16,046 nucleotides of DNA from Pseudomonadota bacterium (GTDB lineage Bacteria; Bdellovibrionota_G; JALEGL01; DATDPG01): the NCBI GenBank assembly GCA_043804515.1, contig JAZDIZ010000130.1, positions 1-16,046 on the forward strand, read 5' to 3'. Below, piece after piece: positions 8,285-16,046 of this stretch; the first letter of the stretch is position 1, and each line of letters starts with the position of its first letter. The notes below the pieces were generated by a model that did not search any database, was not told where the DNA came from, and saw only the letters and a program-made list of their open reading frames with translations. Both the position numbers and the translations under genes were made by a program.

Positions 8285-9094
8285 GTGGCTGCGCGTTTGA
8301 AGCGAAAGCGGACCTGGTTCCTGGTGCTGGTGCTGTTTTTCGGAGGCCTTTTTGTGGCCCTGGCTCTTCACGCAACGCTGGATGTGCACCGTCTGCGGAC
8401 CGAGTACCCTGTCATGGTGTACCGCGGCCCCAATCAGCCGCCGGACGTGCGTTTCCAGAAAGCGCGGCCCCGAGATTGGGTGAAGTTCTCCGATATTCCG
8501 CGCGAGGTGATCGGGGCGATCATTGTAAGCGAGGACGGGGCTTTCTATCGCCACAAAGGATACGACCCGCAGGAGATCGTGGAAGCTCTGAAAGTGGATC
8601 TTAAGGAAGGCCGGTACGTCCGAGGCGCAAGCACGATAACGCAGCAGGTCGCGAAGAATTTGTTTCTGGGGCGCCACAAGAGCCTCTGGCGGAAGCTCAA
8701 GGAGCTGGAGTGGGCCGTGACGTTGGAGAAGACATTCAGGAAGTCGCGGATCATGGAGATCTATCTGAACATCGCGGAGCTGGGGCAGGGACTTTACGGC
8801 GTGGGACCGGCTTCTCTTTACTATTTCAACCGGCCCGTCTCTCAGCTGGGCGCAAAGGAAGGCGCGTTTCTGGCCATGCTGCTTCCCAGCCCCAAAAAGC
8901 ACAGCGCCTCGTTTCGCCAGCGGCAAATGACGCCGTTCGCGCAGAGAGCTGTGGATCGAATTCTCAGGAGGATGGCACAAGCCGGGTACATTACGAAGGA
9001 GGAGGCTCAACGCCTGGCGTACGCCCCGCAATCCTTCGAGGAACCCGAGCCGGCGGTTGAGCCGGAGGATGAGGAAACACCCGAACCGGAGTAA
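8285..9094 (+). CDS. mtgA: Monofunctional biosynthetic peptidoglycan transglycosylase (GT51)
   Basis: N-terminal transmembrane anchor and GT51 motifs EDGAFYRHKG, GASTITQQVAKN, RKLKE and IMEIYLN. No transpeptidase domain. Confidence 0.9.
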   Translation: MAARLKRKRTWFLVLVLFFGGLFVALALHATLDVHRLRTEYPVMVYRGPNQPPDVRFQKARPRDWVKFSDIPREVIGAIIVSEDGAFYRHKGYDPQEIVEALKVDLKEGRYVRGASTITQQVAKNLFLGRHKSLWRKLKELEWAVTLEKTFRKSRIMEIYLNIAELGQGLYGVGPASLYYFNRPVSQLGAKEGAFLAMLLPSPKKHSASFRQRQMTPFAQRAVDRILRRMAQAGYITKEEAQRLAYAPQSFEEPEPAVEPEDEETPEPE

Positions 9095-9137
9095 ACTTCC
9101 GGAGCGAATTAAGGCCTGACGTTCGGGGGAGGCAACC

Positions 9138-9593
9138 ATGGATCGTTGGATGGAGAAATTCCAGGAGTACGTTTCCGAACGGGGATTCCGGCGTTCCCGG
9201 CCGCGAGAGCTTGTGGCTCGGGAGTTTTTCCGCTCCTCGGGTCACATGGGGATCGAAGTGCTCTACAGGAGAGTCCACAGAATCGATTCCAAAGTGGGAA
9301 TCGCCACCGTGTACCGGACGCTCGGTTTCCTCGTGGAGAGCGGCTTGGCGCTTCGGAGGGAATTCGCGACGGGCACGACGGCCTACGAGAAGGCCCCGAA
9401 CGTGCATCACGATCATCTCCTCTGCACGAAGTGCAACCGGATCCTGGAATTCACCGACCTTCAGATCGAAGCTCTTCAAGGGAACGTCGCGCGCAAATAC
9501 GGGTTTTCTCTGGAATTCCACCGGATGGAGCTTTACGGCCGGTGCAAGGCGTGTCGGCAGGTCAGAAGCGGATCGCGTGAAGCGAAGGCTTAG
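9138..9593 (+). CDS. fur: Fur family transcriptional regulator
   Basis: ATVYRTL helix, HHDHLLCTKC and GRCKAC. SD GGAGG upstream. The metal specificity (Fur, Zur or PerR) cannot be fixed from sequence. Confidence 0.9.
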   Translation: MDRWMEKFQEYVSERGFRRSRPRELVAREFFRSSGHMGIEVLYRRVHRIDSKVGIATVYRTLGFLVESGLALRREFATGTTAYEKAPNVHHDHLLCTKCNRILEFTDLQIEALQGNVARKYGFSLEFHRMELYGRCKACRQVRSGSREAKA

Positions 9594-9601
9594 GCTTTCG
9601 C
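9582..9601. terminator. Hairpin at the convergent fur/antiporter junction (GCGAAGGC-TTAG-GCTTTCGC)
   Basis: 8-bp stem with one G-U pair. The TTAG loop holds both overlapping stop codons. There is no U-tract, so terminator function is uncertain. Confidence 0.35.
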
Positions 9602-11293
9602 CTCTGCGAGGCGAGCCGCATCCACGCATCGCGTGATCTCGGAATCCGGCACTCCCGCATGATGGAGTACCCGCCCGAGCATTTCCATGGCCGAAACCAG
9701 CTCCTCCGACACCACCTCATCCGCTCCGAGTGAGCGCAATTCGATCTGGTGGGAGAGGTATCGGGATCGGATGAAGATGGTGACGTGAGGAGCGAACGAG
9801 TGAACCGCGGTGAGCGCCCGGCGGGACGCCGCCGGATCGTTGATCATCAGAACCAGAGCCCGGCTCCGCTCCACACCGGCGTAGGCCATGGCTTCCCGGC
9901 TCGCGATGTCCCCGTAGTAGATCGGGATCCCCAGCGACCGGGCCGTTCGCACGGTTTCCGCGTTCATTTCCAGGACCAGGTAGGGAATTCCGCTCCTGGC
10001 CAAGGCGGAGGCGAGCAGCTTCCCGGCTACGCCGTATCCCGCGATCACGATGTGTCCCGAGAGATTCTTGTGCTCCGGGGCGGGCTCATCGATTCCCTGG
10101 ACGCCCAGAAGATGCTCCAACGGCTGGAGGATTTTCTCGCCGGCCGCGAAATGAGGCGCAAGGCTCATGGCGATCGGCGTGACGAACATGCTGAAACCGC
10201 CCGCCGTCAGGAAAAGCTCCAGCTCCCGATGGCCCATAAGGCCGACGCTCTGTCCCAGGACGGCCAGGACGAAGCCGAATTCACCGAATTGCGCCAGGCC
10301 GGCTCCGGCGAGCCAGGCCACGCGCGACGGAAAACGCATGACCAGGGCGGCCAATGAAGCCACGAGCCACTTGCCCAGGATGAACGCCGCGACGAGAAGG
10401 CCCAGTTCCAGGGGCCGCGAAAGCACGAGGCGGGGATTCACGATCATGCCCAGTGAAATGAAGAAGATGCTGGTGAACGTGCTCCTCAAAGGCAACACAT
10501 CGGCCATCGCGCGGTTCCCGAAATCGGAATCCGCCAGGACGACGCCCGCCAAAAACGCCCCCAAGGCGAGGGAAAGGCCGAGGTAGGACGTAAGCCATGC
10601 GATTCCGATGACCACACCCAATACGGCCAGAAGGAAGATCTCCCTCATTCGCGTTGCATCCACCCACGCAAAGAATCTGGGCAAAATCACGCGGGCAAGA
10701 CCGAGGGTGGCCAGCACGACGGCGAGGGCCAAACCGGAGGCCCGCAACAACTCCATCGCGAGGTTGTGTTTACCCTGACCGGCAAGTGCCGGAATCAGCA
10801 GGAGCACGGGGACCACGCAGAGATCCTGAAAAATCAATATGCCCACGATGAAACGACCGTGCGGGGCGTCGAGTTCCTGCTTTGCCGAGAGGAAGCTCAT
10901 CACGATGGCGGTGCTGGACATGGCGACCACAAATCCGAAAAACACGCCCCGCGTGAGCGGCTCCCCCACATAGTAGGTGACGAGAGCCACGGCGAGGACC
11001 GTGAGGCCCACCTGTAAGACGCCCCCCAAGGCGGAAACTTTCAGGACTTTAAGGAGCCTTCTCAGCGAAAATTCGAGGCCGACCGAAAAAAGAAGAAGTC
11101 CGACGCCCACTTCCGACAAGGTCTCGATGTTCTTCGAGTCCCGGACCAATCCGAAACCGGATGGCCCCACCAGGGCACCGGCGAGGAGGAGGCCGGCCAC
11201 CATCGGGAGGCGGAGGCGGGAAAGCAGAACGGTAACCGCCACACCGGACAGGATGACGATCAGAAGATCGTCCAGAAACGGGATCTGGTGCAC
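9590..11293 (-). CDS. CPA2 family monovalent cation:proton antiporter (Kef/YbaL-like) with TrkA-N (RCK) domain
   Basis: About 12-13 transmembrane segments. Motifs LLFSVGLEFS, MSSTAIV, GILIFQDL, LSLALGAFLAG and LAQFGEFGFV, then C-terminal IVIAGYGVAG and YYGD. Confidence 0.92.
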   Translation of the reverse strand: MHQIPFLDDLLIVILSGVAVTVLLSRLRLPMVAGLLLAGALVGPSGFGLVRDSKNIETLSEVGVGLLLFSVGLEFSLRRLLKVLKVSALGGVLQVGLTVLAVALVTYYVGEPLTRGVFFGFVVAMSSTAIVMSFLSAKQELDAPHGRFIVGILIFQDLCVVPVLLLIPALAGQGKHNLAMELLRASGLALAVVLATLGLARVILPRFFAWVDATRMREIFLLAVLGVVIGIAWLTSYLGLSLALGAFLAGVVLADSDFGNRAMADVLPLRSTFTSIFFISLGMIVNPRLVLSRPLELGLLVAAFILGKWLVASLAALVMRFPSRVAWLAGAGLAQFGEFGFVLAVLGQSVGLMGHRELELFLTAGGFSMFVTPIAMSLAPHFAAGEKILQPLEHLLGVQGIDEPAPEHKNLSGHIVIAGYGVAGKLLASALARSGIPYLVLEMNAETVRTARSLGIPIYYGDIASREAMAYAGVERSRALVLMINDPAASRRALTAVHSFAPHVTIFIRSRYLSHQIELRSLGADEVVSEELVSAMEMLGRVLHHAGVPDSEITRCVDAARLAEAKA

Positions 11294-11296
11294 GGA

Positions 11297-11815
11297 CTAC
11301 TTTTTCTTCGGCTGAGTGAGAGGCTCCAGTGCGTCCCACACCTTGAGGTCGTCGCGCAGTAGCCGCAGCTTCATCCCCTCCTCGCGTTTGATCCTAAGGG
11401 ACGAAATCGGATTCACGGTCTTGGAAATCTCGGGATCCTTGGATTTCTTTATGAGGGACTCCGTTGTGCAGCGTCCTTCGACTCCCCAGTGCCCGTTCTT
11501 CCCATAGAAAGGAGAACGAATGAGGGACTGAGGCTCAACGAATACGCCCACGCAAGCCGATTGAGCGAAGATGCCGCGCGCCTCGATCTTGGTATACAGG
11601 CAAAGACCCATCGGCATCTTTCCGGCGTCTTTCGGATCATAGACCTGGACCAGCAGGGGGCAGTCCAGCGTCAAAAGCTTCTGCTGCGTTTCCTTCAGCT
11701 GCTTCTCAACGGCGCCTGGAACGTTCTGTGGTACAGCCTCGGGTAATGATGACGCTGGAGCTGCGAGAGAGGATGTGGCGATAAGGAGAATCGGGACGAG
11801 AAGTCGGTGAGTCAT
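11297..11815 (-). CDS. Hypothetical exported protein, 172 aa, four cysteines
   Basis: Signal-peptide-like start MTHRLLVPILLIATSSLA. It fills the gap exactly and its stop is 3 nt before the antiporter GTG. No family recognised. Confidence 0.7.
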   Translation of the reverse strand: MTHRLLVPILLIATSSLAAPASSLPEAVPQNVPGAVEKQLKETQQKLLTLDCPLLVQVYDPKDAGKMPMGLCLYTKIEARGIFAQSACVGVFVEPQSLIRSPFYGKNGHWGVEGRCTTESLIKKSKDPEISKTVNPISSLRIKREEGMKLRLLRDDLKVWDALEPLTQPKKK

Positions 11816-11832
11816 AGGCGAATCTTATGGCA

Positions 11833-11899
11833 AAATGGGGACACGTACCAATTAACTGGTCGAAACCGGGAAACGTAATTTCGTACGTGTCCCCGATTT
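11833..11899. repeat. REP/MITE-like palindromic element (GGGGACACGTAC...GTACGTGTCCCC)
   Basis: Perfect 12-bp inverted repeat at 11837-11848 and 11883-11894. It extends imperfectly outward (AAAT/ATTT) and inward (AATTA/TAATT), with an inner hairpin CTGGT-CGAA-ACCGG. Confidence 0.65.
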
Positions 11900-11950
11900 C
11901 CCGATCTCAGGAAAAACATCCCCCCCTTCTCAAAAATGGGGTAAAAAGCG

Positions 11951-12035
11951 TATGTTTTGATGAGACCTCCGAGGTGCGGAGGTTCGAAAGCCGGTCCCAG
12001 TTCCGACGCGAGAACGGACCGGCGTTTGATTTCTT
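11951..12035 (+). promoter_or_regulatory. Putative -10 box and structured 5' leader of ppdK
   Basis: TATGTT at 11951-11956, then hairpins ACCTCCG/CGGAGGT (11965-11983) and GCCGGTCC/GGACCGGC (11990-12023), followed by GTTTGATTTCTT. Confidence 0.4.
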
Positions 12036-12060
12036 AAGCAACGGTGTGAGGAAGCTGAAC

Positions 12061-14736
12061 ATGGCCAAGCGCATTTATCGTTTCGGTGGTTCGATCCGGG
12101 AGAAGCCGGGAAAATTGGTGGAGACTCTGGGCGGAAAGGGCGCCGGGTTGGTGCAGATGAGCCTCTTGGGAGTGAAAGTGCCGCCGGGATTCGTCATCAC
12201 TACGGATGTCTGCCGGGAATACCTCAAAAAGCCCGGCAAGCCTCCCACGGGCCTGGAAGCGGAGATGAAGAAATCCATGCAGACTTTGGAGAAGATCGTA
12301 GGCAGGAAATTCGGCGACGCGAACGATCCGCTGCTTGTATCGGTGCGGTCCGGAGCGCCGGTCAGCATGCCGGGAATGATGGACACGATTTTGAACCTGG
12401 GCCTTACGCGCAAAGGGGTGGCGGGCCTTGCGAAAGTCTACGGCAACGAGCACTTCGCATGGGACAGCTATCGCCGGCTGATTCAGATGTACTCGGACGT
12501 CGTTCTGGAGGTGAACGACGAGCTTTTCGAGCACGTGCTGACCGAGACCCGCAACCGCTTTGGCGTGAAATCCGATTCGGAGTTATCCACGGAGGCGCTC
12601 AAGGACGTCGCCGATCGTTTTCTCGCGATCGTAGAAAAAGAGGCCGGCCAGCCGTTCCCGGACGACGCTTGGAAACAGCTGATGCTCGCCGTCATGGCCG
12701 TGTTCCGGTCATGGAACAACAAACGGGCGCAGACGTACCGGCGGATCAATAAATTGCCCGATCACATGGGAACGGCTGTGAACGTCCAGACCATGGTGTT
12801 CGGAAACCGCGGGAACCTGAGCGCGACGGGCGTCCTCTTTTCGCGCAACCCCTCCACGGGTGAAAAGGGGATCTACGGCGAATACCTCGTGAACGCCCAA
12901 GGGGAGGACGTCGTCGCGGGGATCCGGACGCCGGCTCCGATGAATCGAGGGACGGCGCCGAAGGGCTACACCGGCCCGACGCTGGAAGACCAATTCCCGG
13001 CGATCTACAAGGAGTTGGCGGCGACCGTCGTGAAGCTCGAGAAATACTTCCGTGACATGCAGGACATCGAATTCACGGTGGAGGAAGGGAAGCTCTGGAT
13101 CCTTCAAACGCGCTCCGGGAAGCGGACCGCACGCGCGGCGCTTCGTACGGCGACCGATTTCGTGAAAGAGGGCCTTCTCAAGAAGAACGAGGCGCTTCTG
13201 CGCGTCAAGCCGAAGGATCTGGATCAGTTGATGCACCCCATTTTCGATCCGTCGGCAAAGCGAGACGTGTTGGCGAAAGGCCTGCCCGCTTCACCCGGGG
13301 CCGTCTCGGGAAAAGTCGTCTTCACGGCTGAAGACGCCGAGGAGTGGGCCAACCGGGGAGAGAAAGTGATCCTGGTCCGCGCCGAGACGTCCCCCGAGGA
13401 CATCGGCGGCATGCAGGCGGCGCAGGGGATCGTGACGAGCCGGGGAGGGATGACGTCCCACGCGGCCGTCGTGGCCCGCGGGATGGGCAAATGTTGTATC
13501 GCCGGATGCAACGACCTGTCGGTGTCCGCCGAGGAGAAGGTGATCGTTACGGCGAAGGGCGAGCGGATTTCCGAAGGCACCGTCTTGAGCCTGGACGGGA
13601 TCACCGGCGAGGTTCTCCGGGGAGCCCTTTCCACCGTGCCGCCGAGCCTGGAGGGACTCTTGGATGTGTTCCTCTCGTGGGCCGATGCGGTCCGCACGCT
13701 GGGTATACGGGCCAACGCGGACACACCTGTGGACTGCGCGACCGCGAGAAAACTGGGTGCGGCCGGTGTTGGGCTCTGCCGGACGGAACACATGTTCTTC
13801 GACAAGAGCCGGATCGATTGGGTGCGCCGGATGATTCTGGCCGAGACGGTGGAAGACCGGGTCCGTTTTCTGGACAAGATCTTTCCGTTCCAGTTGGAGG
13901 ATTTCAGAGGAATCTTCCGCGAGATGCAGGGATTCCCGGTGACGGTGAGGCTTCTGGATCCGCCGCTTCACGAGTTTCTCCCGAACAAGGAGGACGAGAT
14001 CGAAGAGCTGGCGCAGCGGCTTCAAATCGACGCCAAAATGCTGACGAGACGGATCGAAAAGCTGCACGAGTTCAATCCAATGCTGGGACACCGAGGTTGC
14101 CGGTTGGGAATCACGTATCCCGAGATCTACCGGATGCAGGTACGGGCCATCGTTACGGCGGCGATCGACGTAACCGAGCAAACCGGCAAACCGGTTTACC
14201 CGGAAATCATGATTCCCGTCGTCATGGATGAACGGGAATTCGAGATCCTCAAGGAGGACGCCGTCGCCGTGGCCGAAGAGGTCAAGAAAGTCCGGAAGTC
14301 CAAGCTGGCGTACCTGGTGGGAACGATGATCGAACTCCCCAGGGCCGCCCTTAGAGCGGGCGAAATCGCGAAATCCGCGCAGTTCTTCTCGTTCGGCACG
14401 AACGACCTGACGCAGACGTGCATGGGGTTGAGCCGGGACGACTCGTCCAGGTTCCTTCCGGCGTACGTGGAAAAGGGGATCTTTCCCGAGGATCCGTTCG
14501 CGTCGATCGATGCATACGGTGTTCTGGAACTCGTGCAGATCGGAACCGAGCGCGGACGCAAACAGAACCCCAAGCTCAAGGTGGGCGTGTGCGGCGAGCA
14601 CGGGGGCGATCCCGCCTCCATCGGGTATTTTCATAAGTTGGGTCTCAATTACGTGAGTTGCTCACCCCGACGTGTACCGATTGCGCGCCTGGCTGCCGCG
14701 CAGGCGTCGCTGAAAAAATCGGTAACGGAAGACTGA
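12061..14736 (+). CDS. ppdK: Pyruvate, phosphate dikinase, about 891 aa
   Basis: Motifs LGGKGAGL, VSVRSGAPVSMPGMMDTILNLG, QDIEFT, GGMTSHAAVVARG (phospho-His), GLCRTEHMFF, GTNDLTQ and GVCGEHGG. Start reassigned to ATG 12061 (MAKRIYRFGG) with GAGGA upstream. Confidence 0.97.
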   Translation: MAKRIYRFGGSIREKPGKLVETLGGKGAGLVQMSLLGVKVPPGFVITTDVCREYLKKPGKPPTGLEAEMKKSMQTLEKIVGRKFGDANDPLLVSVRSGAPVSMPGMMDTILNLGLTRKGVAGLAKVYGNEHFAWDSYRRLIQMYSDVVLEVNDELFEHVLTETRNRFGVKSDSELSTEALKDVADRFLAIVEKEAGQPFPDDAWKQLMLAVMAVFRSWNNKRAQTYRRINKLPDHMGTAVNVQTMVFGNRGNLSATGVLFSRNPSTGEKGIYGEYLVNAQGEDVVAGIRTPAPMNRGTAPKGYTGPTLEDQFPAIYKELAATVVKLEKYFRDMQDIEFTVEEGKLWILQTRSGKRTARAALRTATDFVKEGLLKKNEALLRVKPKDLDQLMHPIFDPSAKRDVLAKGLPASPGAVSGKVVFTAEDAEEWANRGEKVILVRAETSPEDIGGMQAAQGIVTSRGGMTSHAAVVARGMGKCCIAGCNDLSVSAEEKVIVTAKGERISEGTVLSLDGITGEVLRGALSTVPPSLEGLLDVFLSWADAVRTLGIRANADTPVDCATARKLGAAGVGLCRTEHMFFDKSRIDWVRRMILAETVEDRVRFLDKIFPFQLEDFRGIFREMQGFPVTVRLLDPPLHEFLPNKEDEIEELAQRLQIDAKMLTRRIEKLHEFNPMLGHRGCRLGITYPEIYRMQVRAIVTAAIDVTEQTGKPVYPEIMIPVVMDEREFEILKEDAVAVAEEVKKVRKSKLAYLVGTMIELPRAALRAGEIAKSAQFFSFGTNDLTQTCMGLSRDDSSRFLPAYVEKGIFPEDPFASIDAYGVLELVQIGTERGRKQNPKLKVGVCGEHGGDPASIGYFHKLGLNYVSCSPRRVPIARLAAAQASLKKSVTED

Positions 14737-14753
14737 GGCCTCAACAGCCTCAG
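14733..14753. terminator. Hairpin at the convergent ppdK/OMP junction (CTGAGGC-N7-GCCTCAG)
   Basis: Perfect 7-bp inverted repeat in which each arm contains one gene's TGA stop. No U-tract. Confidence 0.35.
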
Positions 14754-15214
14754 AAACCGAAGCCGATCGACACGCCCGGTTCCAGGAAATCCGGACCGCC
14801 CCGGACGATGTCGTAGTCGACTCCGGCACTCAAAGTCAGGAAGAGCAGCGGCCCGATAGTGACGCCCGCGCCGATCGGCACGATCGTGTTCCAATGGCTC
14901 GACCCTGCTGCGCTGGTCCGAACGGTGCCGATGCCCACAGATCCGTAAGGAGCAAACATGGGAATGGGAAGCGTGACGATTCCATTGCCCGTGAGAATGT
15001 CCCCGCTCGGAGTCCCCATGATCCGGGAATAACGGGCCTCGGTGGCGAACATCTTTGTCCACGCATACCCGAGGGAGCCGCCGATGCTGTAGGAAGTGTC
15101 CCCGTCATGAATAGGCACGAACGCGCCGATACGAGGATGGAGATACCAGCCCGCGGCAGCCGAAGAAACGCAGAACAACGATGTGAATACGCTGAGGAGA
15201 ATAAGCCGTTTCAT
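14750..15214 (-). CDS. Small outer-membrane beta-barrel protein (OmpA/OmpW-like, probably 8-stranded)
   Basis: Signal peptide, alternating amphipathic strands (GGSLGY, ATEARY, PYGSVGIG, GAGVTI) and a C-terminal aromatic BAM signal (GVSIGFGF). Confidence 0.8.
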   Translation of the reverse strand: MKRLILLSVFTSLFCVSSAAAGWYLHPRIGAFVPIHDGDTSYSIGGSLGYAWTKMFATEARYSRIMGTPSGDILTGNGIVTLPIPMFAPYGSVGIGTVRTSAAGSSHWNTIVPIGAGVTIGPLLFLTLSAGVDYDIVRGGPDFLEPGVSIGFGF

Positions 15215-15365
15215 GGGCGTATTGAAAACCTCTTTTTGACCGATTCGTCCAGCAGAATCCGAATCGGTTCCTTGACGCGTTTTGTGGGGGGTTTTCGGCG
15301 AAGTGGTCTGGTGCGCTCACGCAATCTGGATTTTCAACATGCCCCGTGGTATCGACCGAAGCTAA

Positions 15366-15440
<75 letters not shown>

Positions 15441-15472
15441 AAATTTTCGCCCCCTTGCGGGGTGGAAATTTT
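15441..15472 (+). terminator. Hairpin immediately after the tRNA; likely intrinsic terminator
   Basis: AAATTTTCGCCCC-CTTGC-GGGGTGGAAATTT forms a 13-bp stem with two G-U pairs and ends in TTTT. Confidence 0.55.
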
Positions 15473-15517
15473 GGTCCGAGACTCGTGAGTACCTGAAGCC
15501 TTAATCTTGAATCACCT

Positions 15518-16046
15518 ATGAACTGGAAATCGCGAAAAGCCCTGGCTCTTCTGTCGATGGCTCTCTCGGGAGCTTCGGTCCTGGCCGGCTATAAAGTCAT
15601 CCGGTCCGTGACGGATTCGCTCTTCCTATCGGAATTCGGTTCGCAAAACCTCCCGTACGTGATGACGCTCGTGCCTCCCGCTGTGGCCTTGGCGATGTAC
15701 ATGTTCAGCCGGCTGCTGAAACGTTCCGGGCCCGCGCGAACGTTTCAATGGACCCTGGTTCTCTCGACCGTAGTGTTCCTGATTCTTTATGTGGGGATCT
15801 TCGCCGGCGCGCGGGTGTTGACCGCCGTGCTCTATGTGACGAAGGAAGTCTACATTGTGATCCTGATCGCCCAGCACTGGTCGTTCATCAACAGCGCCGT
15901 GACGCAAAAAGAGGGAAAGATCGTCAACGGTCCCATTTTGGGTTGCGCCACATTGGGATCGCTGTTGGGCGGGGTTTCGGTGGCACACCTTCCCGAGAAG
16001 CTCGGATCCGTCCAGATGATTCCCATTGCCGCGGGCTTCACGCTCC
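15518..16046 (+). CDS. Npt1/Npt2 (TLC, ATP/ADP translocase-like) family MFS nucleotide transporter, 3' end truncated
   Basis: Not in the ORF track. ATG 15518 is open to the window edge: MNWKSRKALALLSMALSGASVLAGYKVIRSVTDSLFLSEFGSQNLPYV...LYVTKEVYIVILIAQHWSFINSAVTQKEGKIVNGPILGCATLGSLLGG. It has several transmembrane helices and resembles the NTT patterns YxIxRxxxDxL and FWxFxN...AKRxYG. Confidence 0.75.
   Translation, partial: MNWKSRKALALLSMALSGASVLAGYKVIRSVTDSLFLSEFGSQNLPYVMTLVPPAVALAMYMFSRLLKRSGPARTFQWTLVLSTVVFLILYVGIFAGARVLTAVLYVTKEVYIVILIAQHWSFINSAVTQKEGKIVNGPILGCATLGSLLGGVSVAHLPEKLGSVQMIPIAAGFTL

Noticed and set aside
11827..12060. 78-aa N-terminal extension of PpdK in the ORF track
   Set aside because: It runs through the palindrome and promoter region. 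PpdK-like sequence begins at ATG 12061, which has an SD.

Overview
GC-rich (roughly 60%) chromosomal window from a diderm bacterium, probably deltaproteobacterial-type such as Myxococcota or Bdellovibrionota (inference from gene content only). No integrase, transposase, phage gene or CRISPR array is visible. Left to right: a minus-strand lipid-reduction operon (HAD-IB-like protein lacking its catalytic aspartates, a stand-alone fatty acyl-CoA reductase, and an extended SDR that is missing from the ORF track and runs off the left edge); marC; a divergent PurD-like ATP-grasp ligase preceded by a coupled 20-codon ORF; a convergent minimal M28-type peptidase; a secreted S46 dipeptidyl peptidase; mtgA; a Fur-family regulator; a CPA2/Kef antiporter preceded by a secreted Cys-containing hypothetical protein; a REP-like palindrome; ppdK with a structured leader; a small outer-membrane beta-barrel; tRNA-Gly(CCC); and the start of an Npt/TLC-family nucleotide transporter, also missing from the ORF track. 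The best candidates for an undescribed system are (i) the split, ElbD-like reductase operon with a pseudo-phosphatase and (ii) the non-canonical ATP-grasp ligase with its leader peptide and peptidase.
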